Assembly: GCA_965637545.1 (NCBI GenBank)
Contig: OZ281500.1
Location: 5,580,001 to 5,644,000, forward strand
Direction: 5' to 3'
DNA length: 64,000 bases
DNA from: Phallusia mammillata
Taxonomy: Eukaryota
A program made the position numbers and the translations under genes. Below the pieces are notes generated by a model. The model was not told the DNA's origin. It saw only the letters and a program-made list of their open reading frames with translations, and made no database searches. Positions within the stretch are counted from its first letter, which is position 1. Each line of letters begins with the position of its first letter. Positions 1 to 9,600 of the stretch are shown piece after piece.

Positions 1-569
1 TGTACCTAAAAGTCCGGAATTCAAGAAAAAATATTTGTATATTTTATGAAATTAATGTACCAACGGAGAAAGTTTCTAGTAGATAGCTACAACCGCGTCT
101 ATACCATGAAACGTAATGAGGTAAACTGGCGGCGCGCAGGTTAGTTATACAGTTTACAATACCTGTTTGTTACTAGATGTTTAACAGTTAAATACACAAA
201 TAAAAATCCGCATCTCAAGAAAACACAGCATTCGATGCTACATGAGAACGTGGGAAATTTCATTTCCTCAACTGTGTACCTATTATGCAGGGAACTAACT
301 AACAACTAAAAGTCGAATGCGTGAGACATAACAACATTTTTACAGTGGCATTTTTCTTCAAATTTAAAAAGGTCCTTGTGACTCCCATCGTTTAATTTTT
401 TTGGTTCAAAAAAAACTTAACTAAACAGAAGCCTGCGCAGAAAGTTAATTATCGTATGTAACGTTTTGAGTATCGCATGTAACGTTTTCTCGTGTCGCCG
501 TCCGTGTGACTTCCCAATATTCTAATTTATTCCGGAATAGAAGTGTTTGGATCGCAAAAATGGTCAACG

Positions 570-625
570 CAGCGGTTCTAGGACTGGGGTCCGCGGTCTT
601 TAAGGGCATTTTGCGGGGACCTCGA
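570..625. mobile_element. hAT-type MITE terminal remnant
   Basis: CAGCGGTTCTAGGACTGGGGTCCGCGG...GCATTTTGCGGGGACCTCGA resembles the reverse-complemented end of the intact element at 59494-59895 (CAGCGGTTCCCAAACAGGGGTCCGTG...CCATTTTGGGGGACCGCGA). No partner end or TSD found. Confidence 0.4.
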
Positions 626-1379
626 GAAGGTGGAAGTAATTCTATATCCTTATTTGGCGTCAGTTTGTGCAACTGGATAAGTTGAAATCAAAGTGAAAGT
701 GAGAATCGACCGTCTCCATTGTTAAACAATAGGCTTTATTGCATGACAACTAACAAAAATGCAATTGTTCGCGCACAATTGTAACGTTTTTTTGTTCTGT
801 CTGTGATGTCAGATTTGGATCATTGTTATGCGCAATTTTGCATGTCTAGCTAAAATCCTGCAATCAACTTTCGTTTTTCTGAAATACACATTCAGACTTA
901 CGTCAACACATTTGGACTTAAAGTTTGAGAAAAACTGGGTTCACGCAACCGAGATAAATTTTGTCAGGGATTGTGTTTCATAAAATATGGCAACCCTACC
1001 CTAACACCCAGTGTTACTCAGGAAACAGGAACAGCAGATGATCTTGGATCTATTATTCAACAAATTGTCAAAAGTCACAAAATATTTGGCACCCCCAAAA
1101 TGTTCTGTTGCCTACGACACTGTTTTTAGTAAACACACCCCAAGCACATAATATAAGTTGACTTCAATAAAAAGATTCACTGAAATGATTTGCCATGCTA
1201 CTTGGATTGGTCGTTTCTGTATTTGTCTTAAACTTCGGCCACAGAGCAGCAAAACTTGGTTTATTACGTCACAATTGATCAATGGGTTAACTAGATTTGG
1301 TAAACTAGATTGTACCGACGAGCGTTGCTGTTCGCCACAATGATATTATGAATCATTTTTGAAATGGTACAAGAAAGCT

Positions 1380-1474
1380 CAGGGAACCCCTGCGGAACCC
1401 TAAAAGTTCACGGAACCCCTGAGAGAGTTGTACGGAACTCTAGGGTTCCGCGGAACCCCGTTTGAAGAGCCCTG
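1380..1474. mobile_element. hAT-type MITE terminal remnant
   Basis: Repeated GGAACCC subterminal motifs end in GGGTTCCGCGGAACCCCGTTTGAAGAGCCCTG and are followed by ATATAGTC (nnnTAnnn). The architecture matches the end of the 38474-39196 element (GTTCCGCGGAACACCGGTTGAAAATCACTG). The other end was not found. Confidence 0.55.
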
Positions 1475-2283
1475 ATATAGTCTAACCCACATATTAAACA
1501 AAACAAGTGTAAAATTTGTTTTTTACTCTTATATAATTTATTGAGTAAAAGGTCTTCTAAACAGAATTTTGTTGTTTTAGATCAAATCATTGCAAATTAC
1601 TTGTTACTGATCTTTAGTGGAATTGCTATTCCCTCTTTTGTGTTTTTTGTGCCACAGAGGAATATTCGTATGGAAATTGATACCAAAGCATAGCATTTTT
1701 TTCATTTTATTCTGTACAGTACAAATGTTCCATATCAGCATAAGCCTCTATGCATAGATCAATTGCAATATCAGTGTTAATACATGTGCAGTTTGTTTTT
1801 GTCAATCCGGTTTTGTTTGTAAATAAGCAAACATTATCATATGTGAATAGTATACTAATGATGCTGTCAAAGCAAAAAATGTGTATCTCCATCCCTAAAG
1901 GTGAATGGCAATAATTTTGTTGCCCATATAGATTTATGTCTGCATACTTATCCACACAATAAAATAGCCAAACTTATTTTTAGTCACAGCATTTAATAAA
2001 CTTGTTGTTTTTTAAAGGCCCAATGAACTACTTTCCTGTGAACAGGTTTTTCTTTTCTGTGCCTTTTACAATTTGTAACGCAACTTCTTTTAAAATTTCA
2101 CTTCTCCTTCATACCTTCCCAGCGCATTGAAATGTTGTTATTTTTGTCAAAAACAGGGCATTACTGTATTTTATATTTTTGTATTGCAAGGAAATAGGAG
2201 TAATGCTTGCTGCAGCACAAAAAAGTCCTTTGGCCTGACTAAATTACAAAAGTTTTTTTGGGAGGATTGCATTTATTAGCGCA

Positions 2284-3990
2284 TTAATACAAGCGCTGTG
2301 GTCTTCCCATGGTGCTCTTGAGATGCAGTGATCGGACATTCTGCCAGTTCTTTTTTAGCAGTGAAACCTTTAAACAACATAAATAGCATTAGTTTGTGAA
2401 CCAAAAACTAACTAAGCAGAGAACAAGTATGTCAGTTACATGTTTCACAGGTTACTATCAAACTTCAGGTATAGGAGAACCTGTTGTTAGCGAATCCTTG
2501 ATATTTACTTTGGCACATCTTCTACACCTCCATGGCACAATAGCCAGGAAGTTCTAGCTGTTGTGTGCAAAGCTGCATTGTTGATCTGTGTAAAACCTAA
2601 TCAACTCACCAAAAAGTTAATTGACATGTTGAGATTCTGCACCAACTCATCCTCAGTCATGTTTACATTTCCAACAGCGACTGCCAGACAAAGGACTTTC
2701 TTCATTTGAAACTTAATGGTGCATTTAATGTCTTTCACCTGTGGCAAGGGATACTGGTAACATTTTGTTCACAGGTTTTATTTGAGAAAAGAGTTTAGTA
2801 CCTTTTGCACCATTGACTCCTGGTGGGTGATTAAACTTGGAAACTTTCCAGCCTTGTTAAGGCCAGGTCCAAGAAGTCTAGGAATCTGCTTGATAAGAGC
2901 TTCAGAGGCCAAGAAAGCATCATACTTCTTTGCTGTAATCAAGCACAATATAAATACACCCAAGTTCTAACATTTCATTCAGTCAATGATACAACTCTAT
3001 ACAAATGTGGCATGTTCAAAATCAAAATGCTGAACATAGTAATATTTTGAAAAGGAAAAATTCTTTGTATCTAGAGTTCCTTCTTGAAAAATTTATTAAA
3101 GAAACCTCGAAAAAACTGAGCCTCGATTCTTGAGAAATAAAAAAAAATTAGAGACTCCGGAGAAATGACATTTCAATTCATACCAAGTTTCTTGACAAGC
3201 TTTTTGTCCTTGTTCAACTTCTTAAGTGCTTCCACATCCATACAAGAGATTGAGTTGGCATTTGCTTCGTCGCAATGCTGGGCATCACCAAGAACACAAA
3301 CCTTGTATTTGTTTTTAGGAATGTGTGGCAGTCTGTAAAATGAAAGCAATATATGCTGCAAAAACAGTTTTCGTTATTGAACAGTTTATCCTTATGTAGG
3401 GACCAGAAAAAATTAAAGCACTGATAGATATAATTTTCATGATGGCTATTAAAGTAAATTTACATACATTTCTAACAAATTTAGTTCGCAACACAAAAAT
3501 GTTGCTGCCCAATATTTAAGACCCTGGGTTAAGGTCCGTTCAATATACTGCATATTGAACTGCCAATTCTGCTCCAAATAGCAAATTGGTTGTAGCATAT
3601 GATGTTTTCATACTTCACAGTTCCAGAGAAACGCTTGTCCTTCTGTGGATCGTAGTTCTTCAATGAAATCTGAAGTTCCACAGTTTGCAGAAAGTTACGT
3701 GGCTTGTCCTTGGCATTTTTCAGCACAGCTTCGACGCACTCATAAAGAGTGTCTCGTGAGACCTTACTGATAAAAAGATTGTCCGGTTATACGATCGCAA
3801 AATTATGTTTTTCATTTTTTTCCAGTTTTTAGTGTCCTCAGTGTATATCAATATCATCACAGTTAAATCTGATAATACATGCATTTTACCATCATAGGAC
3901 ACAGTCACAGTAAATGATAACATTAGTTTAGTTTAGAAGCAAAAATGTCACGAAATACACAATGATGTTACTGGATAAAAATTACCTCAT
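2284..3990 (-). CDS. RPL10A: 60S ribosomal protein L10a (uL1), 216 aa, 6 coding exons
   Basis: Exons 3990-3986 (ATGAG), 3766-3614, 3332-3184, 2932-2802, 2738-2610 and 2367-2284; all introns GT-AG, phases consistent, 651 nt. The protein [17 protein letters not shown]...[24 protein letters not shown]...[11 protein letters not shown]...[25 protein letters not shown] is unmistakably uL1. Confidence 0.98.
3832..3902 (-). ncRNA. SNORD45: Intronic C/D-box snoRNA, U45/SNORD45-like (predicted 18S Um172-equivalent guide)
   Basis: In RPL10A intron 1: terminal stem GTGTCC/GGACAC, C box ATGATGG, D' CAGA, C' GTGATGA, D CTGA. The element upstream of D' (GCATGTATTA-T) is complementary to the conserved 18S segment UAAUACAUGC, with the +5 position on the U. 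As I recall it, this is the D' guide of human U45. Confidence 0.85.
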
Positions 3991-4022
3991 ATTTCACGTC
4001 CTTTCCTGACCAACGTGCAAAC

Positions 4023-4029
4023 GAAAAGG
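4023..4029 (-). promoter_or_regulatory. 5' terminal oligopyrimidine (TOP/TCT)-like start of RPL10A
   Basis: Minus-strand CCTTTTC lies about 35 nt upstream of the RPL10A ATG, the typical ribosomal-protein mRNA start motif. The TSS is inferred, not measured. Confidence 0.5.
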
Positions 4030-4829
4030 CCGACTGAACGATTTACGTCACAGTCGTGAAAATGATCTGATCCGGTGCATTAGAGTTTTGAGCAACGTTG
4101 AAATTATAGTTTTTGCCTTTTCACAGCTTTATGAGCAAAATATTTTTTGAAAACCTTGAACGTTTTAAAACCTGGACGTGCATAATTATACGCTACAAAC
4201 ACCGTTTTACACATGATCGTTTTGTTTTGTTTTTCGTTGTTTGACACATGCACGTTTTCTAGCACTGCATCCTGTTGAGGTGCATGTAGAAACTATGTCG
4301 GCAATATGCTCTTTTTGATTAGAGATGTGCATTAAAAAATCAGCGAATCCAAATAAACTGCGCAAAAGGTTTTCTATGACTGACTTTACTTCCGATGACG
4401 AAACAATGCGCGGTCGAAAATCCCCGTTTACGAATACGATTGTGACGTGCACGTTTTTTTTGCGCAGCGTTCACTGTTTAGGTTGATCTGTTTTGCGTCG
4501 TGCTAACTGCTAAGGGTTGTTTTAAACTGAAAGGAAATTTTGATTGTGACATGTCACACCGTTACAGCCACTCATATTTAACTTGTGGCTTATGCATCTT
4601 CGTCACTGACATCTCGTTTTCCAGCTTGGTGATTGTTCTACTTCAAGTACAATTGTGCTGTCATGATTTCTTTCATCTGTTGGCATAAACTAATACCTAC
4701 TAGGCCACTACTAGTATCATAAATACTTACAAACCCAAATAGTACATTTACTATTACATGCAGTTTTATATGTATAGTATATTGTAACAAGGGGATTACT
4801 TTATTTTACAGCTACATGAACTTGGGAAA

Positions 4830-5750
4830 ATGGTGGTACATAATAGGCAGAATGCAACACAGAATGACAAAGATATTGCATCTGAACCTTCCCGACTAGA
4901 GACAATAACACGCTTTATTGTGGAAAGTAGATACTACTCTATCCCTGTATCGTTTAAAGTTGTGGGTCTGTGGTTTTTTGTGCTGATAATATCTGCCATA
5001 ACATTGGTAGTGGATGTTCGTCCAACATATTTTTCTCACAAAAGAAACTTTTTCAATGTCTATTTGGTGAAGTTTGCTTGGGGCTGGACACTAGTCGTAA
5101 CAGGATTGTATAGTATTGTTGTATCCTTTGTTCATGGTTGTGAGTTGTGGAAGAAGACTATTACCTCATCTATTTTGCGCCTTGCAGTGGGAACCTTTGT
5201 GTGGTACTTGTGGGTCAATGTCGTTTTTCACTTCATTGAAAACCTAACTGGAGTTTGCATTGGCAAAGATCGTACACCAAATTTAAGTGTTGGAAGTAAA
5301 TTGGACTGCATTCAACTGAAACAGGGTTACATATGGGAAGCAGTGGATATATCTGGACATTGTTTTTTATTAACTTACTCAATACTCTTCATGAAATCTG
5401 AACTTGATCTTCAACGAAACTGGCATAAAATTCCAATACATGGTGCACAGTTTAGGGCCATTGGCTCAAAGTCCTTAACAAACCTAAAATCCAGGTATAA
5501 ATTGACTCTGCCTTTGGTACACATACTGTTTTTAGTGAACATTCTTCTGGGTGCCCTTTGGGAGTTTATGTTACTTGCCACTTGTGTATATTTCCATTCT
5601 TTTTTAAGCAAAGCAGCTGGTGCAGCTATAGGTATATTTTCGTGGCTGGTAACATACAATGAGTGGTACAGATGCAAATTTCCTTTGTCAATTCCTGGAC
5701 ATGGGCCTCTTGGGGATTTATTTGTGAAAAACACTAAAAAGACTGAATGA
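4830..5750 (+). CDS. FITM2: Fat storage-inducing transmembrane protein / acyl-CoA diphosphatase (FIT family), 306 aa, uninterrupted ORF
   Basis: FIT motifs YFSHKRNFFNVYLVKFAWGWT, DISGHCFLL and ATCVYFH (both catalytic His present) plus multiple TM segments. An acceptor-like TTTATTTTACAG ends at 4811, 18 nt before the ATG. Confidence 0.92.
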   Translation: MVVHNRQNATQNDKDIASEPSRLETITRFIVESRYYSIPVSFKVVGLWFFVLIISAITLVVDVRPTYFSHKRNFFNVYLVKFAWGWTLVVTGLYSIVVSFVHGCELWKKTITSSILRLAVGTFVWYLWVNVVFHFIENLTGVCIGKDRTPNLSVGSKLDCIQLKQGYIWEAVDISGHCFLLTYSILFMKSELDLQRNWHKIPIHGAQFRAIGSKSLTNLKSRYKLTLPLVHILFLVNILLGALWEFMLLATCVYFHSFLSKAAGAAIGIFSWLVTYNEWYRCKFPLSIPGHGPLGDLFVKNTKKTE

Positions 5751-6669
5751 CTGGACATTATATAACTTAACAGCGTGTGTTTGGTATTTCTGTAGTCTCA
5801 TTTTCCCCATAAAGTGGTGTCTTAATTGTCTTAAAGCAATACATAGGCAGCCTAAAGAAACACACCTTTTTATATTCTGCCCTGGCCCTTGAGGTATTCC
5901 AATTGCACCATGTTATTCTGGCATTGCAATATTGTTTGTTAATTTTTAAAAAAATGCTATACAGTTGTTGCATACAACAGTAAAAAACATGTTACAATGC
6001 TCAAAAAATTTTGAAACCCTTATGTGTTTGGTTTAAAACAGGATTGTTTTATTCTTTTATCCAGTATGGGTATACAATAGTTGTTATGTTCTTACTGCTT
6101 CATGCTTAAAAGACAAGCAGGACATGCAGCTAGTAATAACTATTAACCAACCTGCGACTCTTTGAGTTTTTCAGACACAAAGATGATATTTGAAAAATAC
6201 ATATATTCTGTCATGTCAAAAGCAACAAAACCAACCAAATAGAAAGCACAACAAAATAGTAAAATCCAACTATTTAGAAGAACAGAATCTTGCAGCTAAT
6301 AAAGTATTTGGTTTGAAGCAGCCCAGGCTTTTACCAAACAAAAAGCACTCTGACAAATAGGATGGAAAAAAAATTAAACAAAAAAGGTTTTTGTTATTTA
6401 AACTGTTAAGCATGGGTACACTGCAGACTAAACATTTCAGCAGCTCTAATTACACTCCCAAAATAGACATAAAATGTAAAAAACTGGCAAATCAACCTGA
6501 AGATTTTCATGCAGCAAACTGGAAGCAACATAAAACAATTGCAACAAAATAATAACTAACATCAATGCATTTGATTTGTACACACAGTATGGAACAGTCA
6601 TTGAACTGTTTTGAAACATAACAAACGATAGATTGTCAATTTGAGAACTAAGTGTAATGCAAATATACT

Positions 6670-9600
6670 TTATGTCCGTCCCCCTTTAGGACTGGAGAGC
6701 TCCTGCAGCATCCTCTCCACATCCGTGTTCATCTGCATCCAAAAATAGTTAATTTGTATGTGTACATTTTTGTGTTTTCACCCTGCAAAGTGTGGTGCAA
6801 ACAGAATTTAGTTTGTTAATGTGTCGCAATTGAAAAAGGTAAGGAAACATTGTGTTAAATGCACATGTTTTTTCTTCTACAATACTGTTTGCTGCCCAAA
6901 GAAAACCTAAACAGTCTTGGGCAGCCCCTGCATTCAAACACAGTTTTGGATTGAACGTAGTGCTTAACTTAATGCCACCATTTTTTGGATCCCACAAATT
7001 AATAAAACCCTTCCTAGCATATTGCTGGTAATCTCAGGCCTTATGCCATACTGGTGTGTTGTTCTTGCAAGTCAAGCTGCTTATCTTATTCTTAACAATC
7101 AGAACTTTTTATTGTATTAATTTGCAAATGTAATGTGGTGTAAGAGAGGGGTCGGCAAATTTTTTTGTACCGCGGGCAGTTTTTGATACTGGAATTTTAT
7201 CGCGGACCGGCCTTTAAAACAACTACAAATATTCAGCACTGAAAACGACTATAGGCCCTAATAGTTTATAATTCCCAGCATACATGGGCAAAATGTTTAA
7301 AAGCATTAAATCTGAAAAAGTATATGACCCGGTAACGAACCCCTCGCGGACCGGCGGTTGCCGACCACAGGGGTGAGAGACTGCTTTTAGTAACAACGAA
7401 GAATATAACAGAGTTCAAGCATTGTCAAACCCATTTGCATTTCGTATTTAACTCCTAAAATATGAAATAGTAGTTGAACGTTTAAAACGAATTTTTCGTA
7501 TAAGGACACGACTGTTCCACATCGCAGCGAACAAAAAAGACTTGTTGAACCTACTTCCAAGATAACGCAGCACCTGTAGGCTACCTTTGGTGCGACAAGA
7601 CAACATGCAAATCAAGGGCGGCTAATTTACATAGGCAGACATTGTGTAAAATGCAAACTACGTTTCCAAGCAAGACATAAACTACTCGACTTCTCCACGC
7701 GTGTACCTGTGTGTTAACAGCAGACGATTTATTGGATAAGGATTGGTCCGGAAAGTTTCCAGATATTGAAGCTTCAGAGAATCGAAGCGATGTTTCATTG
7801 TGGAACTCAATGTTGATGTTTACTTGATTCACTTCTCCCGATTTTATTGCTGCAAATAGTTCATCTACGTTTCACTAATCATGCAACCGGTGTACAATTA
7901 TAATTTGTATTATTTTCTCATAACTACGTAATCAATATCGTGAGCATAAAAGACGAGGGAAAATCCATGGTGCCCATGTTAACACGTCGTTCGTGTTGTT
8001 AAAGACACTCCCAGGGAATTTTACGCAAGAATAGCAGCGGTTGAATTATAGGCTACATTTTAAAATTGTACACGAATGATGCCGCTTTTCAATTTTTGAA
8101 GTGCTTGGCGTGCTACACCAAAGAATCGACCAGTTGTAATTCTAGTTCATTTGTATTGCAGCCTACTTTTCATTATCTAACCCAAAAAATATAACCCTGG
8201 ATTCGGCAAAAAAGTAGGTTCGATACAGTGTACAGTGAGGACCACTGTTGGAAACATTATGTATGCATGCTGTGACCATGCACCAATTTTCCGGGCAATA
8301 TATATTCTCTTATTCGAGTAGTGCGCAGTTTGGAAGATACAGTGACCATATCGGTATGATTTTTTACCCAATACATAAAATTTTAACATCTAGCATACCA
8401 ATACTAATTCTTTACAAGACACATGCAGGACTGCAGGAGGCGTATTGATTTAGGTTCACTTTATATCAGCTAAAATCAAGACATGCGTATGGTATATGCG
8501 TTAGAAATTTATTTTCTCATCCAAATCCAACCTTTTAATGCAGCCTCTTTTTTATAGTTTTCCAGCATTTGTTCAACGTCAACCGATTCCACAACCTTGG
8601 GAACTGATTTTCGACTTCGGGACACGTTTGTTCCGCTCGACGGCTTAGTTTTCTTTCCGAACGCAACCTTGCTCTTGCGACGCTGAACTTTTTCGACTGG
8701 TCGCGGTTCCACGACCGTTTCAACAACTTGCCTGCGAATTCACAGGAGTTATTGTCGTTCTGTTATAAGCTACTTACGCATGCGGGCTATTTAACTATGT
8801 ACTACATACATTAAGACAGCAACGAAATTTCGTTTAATGCGGTGGTGCTGTCTATATGTAATATGTACAGTCAAAGGTAGAACAAATGTTTTGGCACCAG
8901 CCCTTACATTGCGTAGATTTTGACTGTTATCGTACACAAACGTCTTTTCAGACTGATTTCCGAAGTCAAAGATTTGGTAGAGAATTTTTTCGATAATGCT
9001 CGGTCGCCCGAACATAATTATATTTGACATATATGTACACAGTCTTGCCGTCCTTGTTGACGCAGCTTGTGCACTCCTGTTGCCAAAAATTTCAGTAAAA
9101 GGTCAAAACTTACTGTGGCGTTTTCTCGTCAGGCTCCTTCTTGGTAGAAACAGGCATAATCAAGCCCTGCAGCGCCGCTCGCTTGAGAATGTCTTTCACC
9201 GTGGCGGAGTCGGTAGGATCAATCTTTAGTAAAAATCGAATGTTTAACAATTTGTTTTTAAATATCTCACACTGAACCAAATTTTGTGTTGTGTATCTAA
9301 TTAAGGATCTCAATTTTTTTATTGCACAACATTATGGCATTATTTAAAACTGCGTTGCAAAATACCGTTGTAAATAAATAAACAAATGCGACAAAGATTG
9401 TTTGAGATTTTGTTTCTGACAAGAAATCCCTGATTTCTGTCATTTATTTCATCTTGCATAAGTAAATGCAAGATTATGGTTTAAAATGCTAAGTTAAAAA
9501 AAACAACCCAAAAGTTTAATGATGGAAATAACGGCTCAAATAGACGACATGCTTTAATTATTTGGGCCGTTATTTTCATCAATAAACTTATGGGTTGGGT

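Noticed and set aside
1021-1128. Short plus-strand frame ETGTADDLGSIIQQIVKSH… after an AG
   Set aside because: Embedded among transposon remnants (a TAGGGTTGCCA-type end at about 987-997 and the hAT end at 1474), with no upstream exon identifiable in the window.
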